Below, one piece after another: positions 11,523-20,964 of a stretch of DNA of 64,000 nucleotides (position 1 is its first letter; the number at the start of each line of letters is the position of its first letter). The notes below the pieces were generated by a model. The model ran no database searches. It was not told the origin of the DNA and worked only from the letters and a program-made list of their open reading frames with translations. The stretch is from an uncultured Myxococcales bacterium (GTDB lineage Bacteria > Myxococcota > B64-G9): the NCBI GenBank assembly GCA_964640665.1, contig CAZXHT010000002.1, positions 38,567 through 102,566 of the forward strand, written 5' to 3'. Made by a program: the position numbers and the translations under genes.

Positions 11523-13979
11523 ATGACAGACTCGGCAATTCAGCAGAAGGTGAACATCGAAGATGAGATGCGGACATCGTATCTCGACTACGCCATGAGC
11601 GTGATAATCGGCCGGGCTCTTCCGGATGTCCGCGACGGTCTCAAGCCGGTGCACCGACGCATCCTGTACGCGATGTACTCCGAGGGGCTGATACACAGCC
11701 ACAAGTATTCCAAGTGTGCCGGAGTAGTCGGCGAAGTGTTGAAGAAATACCATCCGCACGGAGATGCCGCGGTCTACGACACGCTCGTGCGCCTGGCCCA
11801 GAGTTGGAACCTGCGCTACACGCTCGTGGACGGGCAGGGTAATTTCGGATCTATCGACGGCGATCCGCCCGCGGCCTACCGCTACACCGAGGCGCGACTG
11901 AAGAGGATCGCCGAGGAAATGCTGGCTGACATCGAGAGTGCAACGGTTAATTTCGTACCCAACTTCGACGGGTCGGCGCAGGAACCGACCATTCTGCCCT
12001 CGAGGATTCCAAACCTGTTGGTCAACGGCTCGACCGGCATCGCGGTCGGCATGGCCACCAACATTCCCCCTCACAACCTGCGCGAGGTAATCGATGCCTG
12101 CATCCACCTCATTCGCCACCCGGAGGCCGGCGTCGAAGACCTGATGAAATATATACCCGGGCCGGATTTTCCTACGGGCGGAATTATCTACGGTGTCGGG
12201 GGCATCGAGCAGGCTTACAGGACGGGCAGGGGTATCCTGGCCGTCAGAGCCAAAGCTGGCCAGGAGGTACATCCCAAGACCGGGCGCCTGAGCATCATCG
12301 TTGCCGAGATTCCATATCAGGTTAACAAGGCCAGGCTGATCGAGCGAATTGCCGACCTGGTGCGAAACAAGAAAATCAGCGGCATCGCCGACGTCAGGGA
12401 CGAGAGCGACCGGGAAGGAATGCGCATAGTCATCGATCTGAAGCGTGACGCCGTCTACGAGGTCGTCCTCAACCAGTTGTTCAAGCACACACCGATGCAA
12501 AGTTCGTTCGGCACCATCCTGCTGGCAATAGTCGGCGGCCAGCCGCGGGTGATGAACCTGCGCGAGATGATCAAGCACTACAATTCCCATCGACGCGAGG
12601 TGATCCGCAGGCGCTGCACTTACGAGTTACAACAGGCAAAAGCCAGGGCACACATTCTCGAAGGCTTGCAAATCGCGCTCGATCATCTTGACGAAGTGAT
12701 CAACCTGATCCGCTCGGCCAAGGATCCGGCCGAGGCAAAACAGGGCCTGATTAGCGGTTTCGAGCTAAGCGATAAACAGGCCCAGGCCATACTGGAGATG
12801 CGCCTCCAGCGCTTGACTGGTCTCGAGCGGGAGAAGATCGCCGCGGAGTTGGAAAAGATCAGGCAGGAAATCGCCCACTTGGATGCCATCCTGCAGGACG
12901 TTGAGAAACTGCTGCAGGTAGTAATCGACGAACTCGAGGAAGTGCGCGAACGATACAAGGACGAGCGCAGGACAGAGATATACAGAGAGACCAGGGAAAT
13001 CACGTTAAAAGACCTGCTGGCGGACGAAGATCACGTTGTTACCGTGAGCCACGCCGGGTACATAAAGCGCACCAAGCTCAACCAGTACAGGAGACAACGG
13101 CGCGGCGGCCGCGGCCGGAGCGGGATGCATACCAAGGAACAGGACTTCGTTGAAAATGTCTTCGTAGCCTCCACACACAGTAACATCCTGGTGATAACAC
13201 AGAAGGGACAGGCCCTGGTCCTGAAAGTTCACATGGTCCCCGAAGCCAACCCGGCGGCGCGTGGCGTGGCGCTGGTAAACCTGGCCCGTCTGCAGAAGGG
13301 CGAGCAGGTAGCGGCTATCATCCCGGTAAAGTCCTTTGACGAGAAGAAGGACGACTATCTCTGCCTGGCCAGCCGCAACGGCTACATCAAGAAAAGCCTC
13401 CTGGGCTTTTATTCCAACATCAACGTGGCTGGTATACGCGCGATGCGGGTCGAGGAGCATGACGAGGTAATCGCCGCCTGCATCACGAACGGCGAGCAGG
13501 AAATCATGATCAGCACACGCAAGGGCATGGCGGTGCGTTTCGGTGAAAGGGACGCCCGGGCCATGGGAAGGGTCGCCCGTGGTGTGCGCGGCATCAAGCT
13601 GCGCCGGGAGGACGACAAGGTCGTGTCGATGGAAGTGGTTGATCCGGGGGCCACGATCCTGACCGTCTCCGAAAACGGTTACGGCAAAAGATCGGAGCTT
13701 GATGAGTATCGGCTGACAGCGCGCGGGGGCGTTGGCGTGAAAACTTGCCAGGTGACGGAAAAAACGGGTCCGGTAGTTGGGGTGATGCAGGTGTCGAGCG
13801 ATGACGACCTGATGTTAATCACGGACGGTGGCATGGTGATTCGCACCGAGATAAATGGAATCTCAGTGATGGGTAGAGCCACACAAGGAGTGCGCCTGAT
13901 AGACCTGAAGGAAGGAGAGCGTGTCGTCGGCTTGGCACGGCTCGTAGAAAAAGAGAGAGTTGGGGAGAACGATAAATGA
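11523..13979 (+). CDS. gyrA: DNA gyrase subunit A
   Basis: 818 aa; [15 protein letters not shown], active-site Tyr region [11 protein letters not shown]-terminal beta-pinwheel repeats. Confidence 0.97.
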   Translation: MTDSAIQQKVNIEDEMRTSYLDYAMSVIIGRALPDVRDGLKPVHRRILYAMYSEGLIHSHKYSKCAGVVGEVLKKYHPHGDAAVYDTLVRLAQSWNLRYTLVDGQGNFGSIDGDPPAAYRYTEARLKRIAEEMLADIESATVNFVPNFDGSAQEPTILPSRIPNLLVNGSTGIAVGMATNIPPHNLREVIDACIHLIRHPEAGVEDLMKYIPGPDFPTGGIIYGVGGIEQAYRTGRGILAVRAKAGQEVHPKTGRLSIIVAEIPYQVNKARLIERIADLVRNKKISGIADVRDESDREGMRIVIDLKRDAVYEVVLNQLFKHTPMQSSFGTILLAIVGGQPRVMNLREMIKHYNSHRREVIRRRCTYELQQAKARAHILEGLQIALDHLDEVINLIRSAKDPAEAKQGLISGFELSDKQAQAILEMRLQRLTGLEREKIAAELEKIRQEIAHLDAILQDVEKLLQVVIDELEEVRERYKDERRTEIYRETREITLKDLLADEDHVVTVSHAGYIKRTKLNQYRRQRRGGRGRSGMHTKEQDFVENVFVASTHSNILVITQKGQALVLKVHMVPEANPAARGVALVNLARLQKGEQVAAIIPVKSFDEKKDDYLCLASRNGYIKKSLLGFYSNINVAGIRAMRVEEHDEVIAACITNGEQEIMISTRKGMAVRFGERDARAMGRVARGVRGIKLRREDDKVVSMEVVDPGATILTVSENGYGKRSELDEYRLTARGGVGVKTCQVTEKTGPVVGVMQVSSDDDLMLITDGGMVIRTEINGISVMGRATQGVRLIDLKEGERVVGLARLVEKERVGENDK

Positions 13980-15016
13980 AGCGCGGGGCGATCACACTTT
14001 TGCTCACCTGTCTGATCCTCACGGGTTGTATGAAAGAGGACATCGAGGAAAATTTCGCCCGTGGGATGGAGATGCTCTATAACGGCAGCTACGAAGATGC
14101 CGAAAGCCATTTTCTCACACTGGCCAGGCGGATCGAGAGGGAAGAGAAAAAAGAAGACCGGATCTGGCAGGCCAAGTCGCTGTATAAGGCCGGTAGGATC
14201 GAACACCTCTACCTCGATCAGCCGCGACGGGCCGTGGCCCGTCTACGAGAAGCCGTAAAAATTTTCCCAGAAGCGAATTTTGCCTTCAAGGCCCAGAAAG
14301 AGATTGCCTTCATCTTCTACGACCGCCTAAGAGACTACCGCACAGCGGCCCTGGAATTTGAAAGACTGGTCAACGCCTTTCCCGGGCGAGACGACATCTG
14401 GAAGTACCAGTACCGCATCGCGCAAAGCTACTTCATGATCCGCGAGTTCGACCAGGCGCGAGCAGAGGTGCGGCTTCTGCTGGAAAAGCACAAGAAGGAC
14501 CGTATAGCGACCGAGGCGATGTTGCTGGTCGCAAATTCGTACTACGTGCAGGGCCGCTACCGTGAGGCGGCCGACTCGCACAAGGCGCTCCTGGATATAA
14601 GACCCGCTGAACAAATCGAAGCGCGCAGCCTATTCGAGATGGGAATGTGTTACCAGGAACTTGGTGACTATGCCCTTGCCCAAAAGAGCTACCTGGCTGC
14701 CTTGAAGAAACACCCGCGCCCGGATCTCGTAAAAATCCAGCTTAATTCCCTGCAAAAGCAGATGCTTGAAGAAGAGGTAGAAAAAAAGGAAAAATCTCCT
14801 CTTTCGCACGGGGCGAAGAAAATCACGAATACAGCGAAAGTTCTGAAGGCAGCGCCCAAGGCGGAAAATACAGAAGAAAATCGAACCAGAGATGCATTGG
14901 ATGATCGCGGAAAAATGGAGAAAAAACAAAGTCCACCGCCCCCAAAAGACAAGCCTGGTATACCACCTGCATCAGAATCATCCGTTAAGAAAGTTGAAGA
15001 GAAAGAGAAACCCTGA
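13976..15016 (+). CDS. TPR-repeat lipoprotein with K/E-rich low-complexity tail
   Basis: Lipobox LLTCLILTGC, multiple TPR-like repeats, C-terminal EEKEK-rich region; 4-bp overlap with gyrA stop. Confidence 0.65.
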   Translation: MKRGAITLLLTCLILTGCMKEDIEENFARGMEMLYNGSYEDAESHFLTLARRIEREEKKEDRIWQAKSLYKAGRIEHLYLDQPRRAVARLREAVKIFPEANFAFKAQKEIAFIFYDRLRDYRTAALEFERLVNAFPGRDDIWKYQYRIAQSYFMIREFDQARAEVRLLLEKHKKDRIATEAMLLVANSYYVQGRYREAADSHKALLDIRPAEQIEARSLFEMGMCYQELGDYALAQKSYLAALKKHPRPDLVKIQLNSLQKQMLEEEVEKKEKSPLSHGAKKITNTAKVLKAAPKAENTEENRTRDALDDRGKMEKKQSPPPPKDKPGIPPASESSVKKVEEKEKP

Positions 15017-15089
15017 TGCCGGTATAAAAAATGTTGATCCAGTTGTTGGGTCGTGATAAATCCCCGCGCGATGCGCGCCGGAGGAAATT

Positions 15090-15341
15090 TTGGAAAAGTT
15101 CTCCGAGTCGCTCAGGAAGATATCGCCGTACATGAATATCGGGGGTATCTTCCTCGGCTGCATGGTAATCGGAGTTTTTGGGGGGCACTGGTTGGACGAG
15201 AAATGGGGAACGGCTCCATGGATGTTGCTTACAGGCGCATTTGTAGGAATGGCGTCTGGCTTCTACCACTTTTTCAAGACAGTGCTGCGCCTCGACGGGA
15301 AGCGGGACGGAAAGAAGAACGATGACGATGCGCAACACTGA
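15090..15341 (+). CDS. AtpZ/AtpI-like small membrane protein preceding F0 genes
   Basis: 83 aa, two TM helices, position immediately upstream of atp F0 genes. Confidence 0.45.
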   Translation: MEKFSESLRKISPYMNIGGIFLGCMVIGVFGGHWLDEKWGTAPWMLLTGAFVGMASGFYHFFKTVLRLDGKRDGKKNDDDAQH

Positions 15342-15753
15342 TACACCGACCGTTTTCGGGCCACGTACCCTGATTGCCATGCTGGGTCTCGTGGTCCTGG
15401 TTGCGGCGCTGTTTATCTTGGCCGGAGGATGGGGTGAATGGAGCCAGGCTGCCCTGGCCGGTTTGCTGGGAGCCGGTTTACTGGGCCTTTTGGGGCTCTG
15501 GGGTACACGGCGGGCCATGCTGGCCGACGAGCGGATGTTCATGGTCTACGTGCTGGGCGGCCTGCTGGTGAGGCTAATCTGCTACGCAATATACGCAGGC
15601 GTCGTTTTAGGCAACCAGTGGCTTGACAAGAATGGGTTTGTCCTGGGATTGCTGGTAGGCGTTGCGCTGTTTATGTTAGTCGAGATTGCCGGAATAGATC
15701 GGGCCGCCAGGCGAAGAACACGGAAGACGGAAGGAGTGATGGGTCGTGGTTGA
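15322..15753 (+). CDS. atpI: ATP synthase protein I-like membrane protein
   Basis: 143 aa, four hydrophobic helices, classical position upstream of atpB. Confidence 0.45.
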   Translation: MTMRNTDTPTVFGPRTLIAMLGLVVLVAALFILAGGWGEWSQAALAGLLGAGLLGLLGLWGTRRAMLADERMFMVYVLGGLLVRLICYAIYAGVVLGNQWLDKNGFVLGLLVGVALFMLVEIAGIDRAARRRTRKTEGVMGRG

Positions 15754-16591
15754 ACATGCGGCACAAGCGGCTACGAGCATTGGTGAGCAGGTCAAGGAAG
15801 TCATCCTGCACCATATCAACAATGGATGGGAATGGGGCCTGCCCTCGACTCAATGGGAGACGCCGGTTCAGCTGAACCCTGACCTGTGGCGCTTTTCTGC
15901 CCTGGGGATCGACGTCAACCTCTCCATAAGCAGGCATGTGCTGATGATGTTGATAGCCGCGGGGTTGCTGATCTTGATGGGAATCCTGGTCAGGCGCAAG
16001 CTGGCCCTGATACCCAAGGGATTCGTGTCGGTTGTCGAGTCATTTGTCTTGTTCATCAGGGACGAGTTGGCCGTCCCGACCATGGGCCAGCCCGCATCGA
16101 AGATCTACACCCCCTTCCTGTGCACGACATTCTTCTTCATCCTGACAATGAACCTGATGGGATTGCTGCCGTACTGTGCCACCCCGACGGGAAACATCAG
16201 CGTCACGGCGGGCTTGGCCACTATGGCTTTCTTGGCCATCCAGTTCGCGGGCATGCGCAAGATGGGCGTCTTCGGCTACTTCGGCCACCTGGTTCCGCAC
16301 GGTGTGCCTTGGTGGCTCGCGCCGGTAATGATCGTGGTTGAGCTTATGGGAATCTTCGCCAAGCCCTTTGCCTTGTGCGTGCGACTCTTCGCCAACATGA
16401 TAGCCGGGCACGTCGTGATCCTGAGCCTGATCGGTTTGATTTTCGTCATCGGCATCTACGTGTTCCCGGTCGTACTGTGTTTCGCACTGTTTATGTACAT
16501 ACTGGAGATATTCGTGGCCTTCCTGCAGGCCTACATTTTCACTATCTTGACGTCGTTATTCATTGGATTGTTCGTGGCAGGAGAACACTGA
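15746..16591 (+). CDS. atpB: F0F1 ATP synthase subunit a
   Basis: Polytopic; conserved LCVRLFANMIAGH motif (essential Arg) near C-terminus; start uncertain. Confidence 0.85.
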   Translation: MVEHAAQAATSIGEQVKEVILHHINNGWEWGLPSTQWETPVQLNPDLWRFSALGIDVNLSISRHVLMMLIAAGLLILMGILVRRKLALIPKGFVSVVESFVLFIRDELAVPTMGQPASKIYTPFLCTTFFFILTMNLMGLLPYCATPTGNISVTAGLATMAFLAIQFAGMRKMGVFGYFGHLVPHGVPWWLAPVMIVVELMGIFAKPFALCVRLFANMIAGHVVILSLIGLIFVIGIYVFPVVLCFALFMYILEIFVAFLQAYIFTILTSLFIGLFVAGEH

Positions 16592-16626
16592 ACGAGGAAG
16601 TCTACCTATCCTAAGGAGGCACGGGC

Positions 16627-16842
16627 ATGCTGGCACATCTCGCGGCAGGAATCGGAGCAGGTCTGGCGGTTATCGGAGGCGGTTACGGCATCGGGCGCAT
16701 TGCCGAAGGAGCAATGCACGGAACGGCCCGGCAACCATCGGCATCGGGCGACATCAGGACATCGATGATCATCGCGGCCGCGCTGATCGAGGGCGTCACC
16801 CTTTTTGCCGAGGTTATTTGCATTCTAATGGCCCTCAAGTAA
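16627..16842 (+). CDS. atpE: F0F1 ATP synthase subunit c
   Basis: 71 aa hairpin proteolipid, GxGxGxG helix 1, conserved carboxylate helix 2 (IEGVTLFAEV). Confidence 0.9.
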   Translation: MLAHLAAGIGAGLAVIGGGYGIGRIAEGAMHGTARQPSASGDIRTSMIIAAALIEGVTLFAEVICILMALK

Positions 16843-16866
16843 AAGACGCTCGGCGGAAGGTGCGAT

Positions 16867-17445
16867 ATGGCGCTTTTAAACATCGATCCCCTTGTCTTGA
16901 TCAGGATCCTCGCCGGCACGGAGGTAGAGGGAGAGAAGTTCTCCCTGATGCAGATTCATCCAGGCACGATCATCTGGACTCTGATCATCTTCGCCGTGTT
17001 GTTGATCGTTTTAAGCAAGTTGCTCTGGAAGCCCATTCTCAAGGCGGTCGGCGAACGCGAAACCAGGATCCGCGAGGCGCTCGAAAAGGCGGATCAGGCA
17101 CAGGCGGATGCCCATAAGGCACTTGCCGGCCAGAAAGACATGGTCGAAAAGCAACGCAAGGAGGCTGCCGAGTTCATGACCCGGGCCAAGGATGACGCCC
17201 GGCGCTCGGGAGATGAAATCATCGATAAGGCCCGGCGGGAGGCGAGCGAGCAAACGGAGCGTGCAAGAAGACAGATTGAAGAAGAGAAAAACCGGGCAAT
17301 CGAAGAGGTTCGAACCCATGCCGTCGACCTGGCGCTGCAGGCGGCCGGTCACCTGCTTGGCAAGAGCCTGGACGAAGCCAGCCAGCGCGGCATCGTCAAG
17401 GACTACATCGACAATCTGCCTACTCAGCTCAACAGGCGTAACTGA
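16867..17445 (+). CDS. atpF: F0F1 ATP synthase subunit b
   Basis: 192 aa; single N-terminal TM then long charged coiled coil (EAxxxAExIxxARxEA). Confidence 0.8.
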   Translation: MALLNIDPLVLIRILAGTEVEGEKFSLMQIHPGTIIWTLIIFAVLLIVLSKLLWKPILKAVGERETRIREALEKADQAQADAHKALAGQKDMVEKQRKEAAEFMTRAKDDARRSGDEIIDKARREASEQTERARRQIEEEKNRAIEEVRTHAVDLALQAAGHLLGKSLDEASQRGIVKDYIDNLPTQLNRRN

Positions 17446-17495
17446 CAACATCTTGACTTGCGGGCAGCGCTTAAAGCAAATATCATCTCGCCTGC

Positions 17496-18422
17496 ATGTA
17501 CTCGGTTGCCATTAAAAAACCTCAAGCACTCCGGGCGGGAGATCGAATCCGCCTGGTAGCTCCGGCCAGCCCATTCGACCGGCGCAAGCTCGCTCGCGGT
17601 TGCCGGATCATCGAGCAAATGGGCTTCGTGCCCGTTATCGACAAGCAAGAGTTCTCGATGCGAGGCTTTCTGGCCGGCGACGACGAGGCGCGGGCGCGCA
17701 GGCTCCGGCGCGGACTGCTCGAAGACGACACCCGGGCGGTCTGGTGCATCCGCGGTGGATACGGCTCTGCGCGCTTGCTTGAGAGGCTCGATCTTGAGCG
17801 CATCAAGGCACGGCCGAAACTGCTGATCGGCTTCTCCGACGTAACCGCCCTGCTGTTGCCGCTTTCCGCCCCGGGGGGCTTCGTAACCATTCACGGGCCG
17901 GTGGTTACCCAACTGCCGGATTTGTCGCAAGGCTCACGCCGCTGGCTCAAAAAACTCATCAGCGGCAAACAGCCCGCGGGCCGCGTTCCCTTGGGCAGGT
18001 TGAAAACCCTGGTACGCGGCAGAACCAGGGGCTTTTTGCTGGGGGGCAACCTTTCCGTGCTGACCAGCTTGCTGGGAACTCCGCACCTGCCGCCGCTGGC
18101 CGGCGCCATACTCTACATCGAGGATGTCGCCGAACTCGCCTATCGTCTGGATCGGATGCTTGTACAACTGAGACAATCGGGCGCCGTCAAGAATGTCTTC
18201 GGAGTGCTGCTGGGGTCTTTGAAAAACTGCAAGCCTGCGGGCCGCAAGTGCTATTCTGCCCGCAGCGTCCTGGAGCGGGCAGTGACCGAACTGGGGGTGC
18301 CGGCCGTATCGGGAGCCGCCTTCGGACACCAGCGGAGCAACATGGCGCTTCCCAACGGTTTGCTGGTCAGCCTGGACGCCGACCAGGGACGACTTGAACT
18401 GCTCGAACCGGCGGTGCGCTGA
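17496..18422 (+). CDS. ldcA: LD-carboxypeptidase (muramoyltetrapeptide carboxypeptidase, S66)
   Basis: GDRIRLVAPASPFD N-terminal motif, 308 aa, S66 family pattern. Confidence 0.8.
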   Translation: MYSVAIKKPQALRAGDRIRLVAPASPFDRRKLARGCRIIEQMGFVPVIDKQEFSMRGFLAGDDEARARRLRRGLLEDDTRAVWCIRGGYGSARLLERLDLERIKARPKLLIGFSDVTALLLPLSAPGGFVTIHGPVVTQLPDLSQGSRRWLKKLISGKQPAGRVPLGRLKTLVRGRTRGFLLGGNLSVLTSLLGTPHLPPLAGAILYIEDVAELAYRLDRMLVQLRQSGAVKNVFGVLLGSLKNCKPAGRKCYSARSVLERAVTELGVPAVSGAAFGHQRSNMALPNGLLVSLDADQGRLELLEPAVR

Positions 18423-18427
18423 TCGAA

Positions 18428-19555
18428 ATGGCCGGAAGGAAAAGCCAGCCCAGGCTTTACACCCTGATGGACGAAGCCATCGAAGAGGGGGTTTTCCCCG
18501 GGGGGACGCTGCTGATACGTCGGGGTAAAGAGACGCTGCACGAGTCGGCCCATGGATTGACATCGTTGGTGCCTAAAGGCCAACGGGTGGAGATTGATAC
18601 GATCTATGACCTGGCATCGCTGACGAAAGTGCTGGTAGTGACACCGCTGATCGTCGATCTCGTAAAACGCGGCGTGATGAAGCTGGAAGATCCCGTCGCA
18701 CGTTTAGTGCCGCTCTTCGACGGCGCGGGCCGGGAGAAAATTACGATCGAGCATCTTCTTGAACACACCAGTGGTCTGGCCGGCTGGCGTGCCTATTTCG
18801 AGGAACTGGCCGCCTGTGGGGGAGGGAGACTTGTGTGTGAGTTTGCCGGGAGGGATGCCGTCAGGTCGATGCTGGCGGCCGAGGACCTGATTTCGAAGCC
18901 AGGCCTGCAAGCGCTATACAGCGATCTGGGTTTCATATTGCTCGACTGGGCCATTGAAAAGGCCACCGGCAAAACACTCGACCTGCTCTTCGAGCAAAGA
19001 GTCGCACGTAAACTGGGGCTCGACGATCTGTTCTTCGTCGACCTGAAGAACAAACGCAAGGCTCGCTTGGCCAGGAAGGGACGAAAAATTGCGGCAACCG
19101 AGCGGTGTCCGTGGCGGGGCCGGACACTGGTGGGCGAGGTTCACGACGATAACGCCTATGCCATGGGCGGCGTCAGTGGTCATGCGGGACTATTCGGCAC
19201 AGCTCGAGATGTGGCCCGACTGGCCGGAGTCTGGCTGGCGGCCTACCGCGGCGAATCAACAATCTTCGATAGTCGGCTCGTTCGCCGGTTCTCGCGACGC
19301 ACGAGCGTGCCTGACTCGACCCGCGCGCTGGGATTCGACACGCCCTCTGAGAAAAATTCCCAGGCCGGCAGGCTTCTGGGACGCGAGGCCATCGGGCACA
19401 CGGGTTTCACGGGCACGTCCCTTTGGATCGATCTGAGGCGTGAACTGATTATCGTTCTGCTGACCAACCGCGTGCACCCCAGTCGTGACAACGACGCTAT
19501 CCGGCGATTCAGGCCGCGCTTGCACGACGCGGCGGTGGAGGAATGCGTTCGATGA
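18428..19555 (+). CDS. Serine hydrolase, beta-lactamase/AmpH-like (class C fold)
   Basis: SxxK motif in IYDLASLTKVLV, 375 aa, beta-lactamase family signature; adjacent to ldcA and mpl. Confidence 0.75.
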   Translation: MAGRKSQPRLYTLMDEAIEEGVFPGGTLLIRRGKETLHESAHGLTSLVPKGQRVEIDTIYDLASLTKVLVVTPLIVDLVKRGVMKLEDPVARLVPLFDGAGREKITIEHLLEHTSGLAGWRAYFEELAACGGGRLVCEFAGRDAVRSMLAAEDLISKPGLQALYSDLGFILLDWAIEKATGKTLDLLFEQRVARKLGLDDLFFVDLKNKRKARLARKGRKIAATERCPWRGRTLVGEVHDDNAYAMGGVSGHAGLFGTARDVARLAGVWLAAYRGESTIFDSRLVRRFSRRTSVPDSTRALGFDTPSEKNSQAGRLLGREAIGHTGFTGTSLWIDLRRELIIVLLTNRVHPSRDNDAIRRFRPRLHDAAVEECVR

Positions 19556-20964
19556 AGGTACATCTGGTTGCAATCTGCGGAACAGGCATGGGGTCGCTGG
19601 CCGGGCTGATGCAAGCGGCGGGTTATCAGGTCAGCGGCTCCGACAAGGCGTTTTATCCCCCGATGTCCAGAAGCCTCAAGGCCTGGGGTATCCCGACGGT
19701 GCAGGGTTTTTCGGCAGAGCACATAGGGGCGGATCTCGACCTGGTGATAGTCGGCAACGCCTGCCACGGCGACAACCCGGAAGCTCGGGCGGCACTGGAC
19801 GAGGGTATCGAAGTCAAGAGCTTCCCCCAGGCCCTGAGCGAGCTTTTCATTAAAGGGCGGCGTTCCCTGGTGGTGGCCGGGACTCACGGCAAGACAACGA
19901 CCTCCGCCTTGCTCTCTTTCTTGCTCAGCGAGGCAGGCCGGGACCCTTCTTTCCTGGTCGGCGGTATCGTCGAAAACTACGGTCGCAGCTTCGGGCTCGG
20001 AGGGGGAGAAGAGTTCATCGTCGAAGGAGACGAGTACGATTCGGCCTTTTTCGACAAGCGACCGAAGTTTTTCCACTACCGGCCCGAGATCGCCGTCCTG
20101 ACGTCGGTGGAGTTCGATCATGCGGATATCTACGTGGATATGGATGCTTACCGGGCGGCCTTTCGGGGGTTCGTTCGACTGCTGCCGCGCACAGGCCTGC
20201 TCGTGGCCTGTGACGACGATCCGGAGGTGCGCGCCTTGATAACCGAGACGGAGTGCGAGGTGGTGTGCTACGGGCTTAGGGAAGGCAAGGGGTTCAGGGC
20301 GAGAGAGATTTCCACTACCAGCGGCGGAACAACATTCACCCTCGAAATCGACGGCGCCGGAAAGACCAGGTTGAAGACTCCTCTGTGCGGTGAACACAAC
20401 GTGGCCAACACTCTGGCGGTGTTGGCGGTAGCCGCGCGGCTGGGCCTGCCTCCCGTGCAAGCAGGCCAACTGCTGGCAGGATTCCGGGGTGTGGCTCGGC
20501 GCATGCAGGTCAGGGGCACGCGGGCCGGAGTGACCGTGATCGACGATTTCGCTCACCATCCCACCGAGGTTGCTAAGACCGTGCGGGCGGCCCGTGAGCG
20601 ATACCCCGCGGCGGATCTTGTGGCCGTCTTCGAGCCGCGTACCAATACCAGCCGCAGGACCTTTTTTCAGAAACGGTATCCCGATTCGTTCGACGGAGCG
20701 GACCGGGTAATCGTGGTTCCCCCGTACAACGTCGAACAAATAGCCGCGGATGAGCGCTTCGATTCGCAAGCGTTGGTGGAAGATTTGCGGCAGCGGGGAT
20801 TTCGGGCCGATTGCCTGCCGGATGCCGCCGCTGTCGTCTGTGACCTGGCAACCAGCGCGCCCCCGGGGGCGGTGATCCTGGTCATGTCCAACGGCGCCTT
20901 TGACGACATCCACGAGCGACTGCTAGTCTCCCTTGGGGCTCGCGAGGAAGGATCGCATGGGTGA
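19543..20964 (+). CDS. mpl: UDP-N-acetylmuramate:L-alanyl-gamma-D-glutamyl-meso-DAP ligase (murein peptide ligase)
   Basis: N-term HLVAICGTGMGSLAGLMQAAGYQVSGSD...YPPMS as in Mpl; Mur ligase ATP-binding GTHGKTTT. Confidence 0.85.
   Translation: MRSMKVHLVAICGTGMGSLAGLMQAAGYQVSGSDKAFYPPMSRSLKAWGIPTVQGFSAEHIGADLDLVIVGNACHGDNPEARAALDEGIEVKSFPQALSELFIKGRRSLVVAGTHGKTTTSALLSFLLSEAGRDPSFLVGGIVENYGRSFGLGGGEEFIVEGDEYDSAFFDKRPKFFHYRPEIAVLTSVEFDHADIYVDMDAYRAAFRGFVRLLPRTGLLVACDDDPEVRALITETECEVVCYGLREGKGFRAREISTTSGGTTFTLEIDGAGKTRLKTPLCGEHNVANTLAVLAVAARLGLPPVQAGQLLAGFRGVARRMQVRGTRAGVTVIDDFAHHPTEVAKTVRAARERYPAADLVAVFEPRTNTSRRTFFQKRYPDSFDGADRVIVVPPYNVEQIAADERFDSQALVEDLRQRGFRADCLPDAAAVVCDLATSAPPGAVILVMSNGAFDDIHERLLVSLGAREEGSHG

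Noticed and set aside
14630-14952. Two antisense ORFs (99 and 87 aa) in the K/E-rich tail region of the TPR lipoprotein gene
   Set aside because: Phe/Leu-rich mirror translation of a low-complexity lysine/glutamate-coding region; artefact.
15064-15081. GC-rich palindrome GCGCG-atg-CGCGC after the TPR lipoprotein gene as a possible intrinsic terminator
   Set aside because: The stem is only about 5 bp and is not followed by a convincing U-tract, so it was not listed as a terminator.
19243-20913. 556-aa minus-strand ORF antisense to mpl
   Set aside because: Same GC-driven artefact pattern (Arg/Gly/Pro-rich); mpl on the plus strand is strongly supported by motifs.
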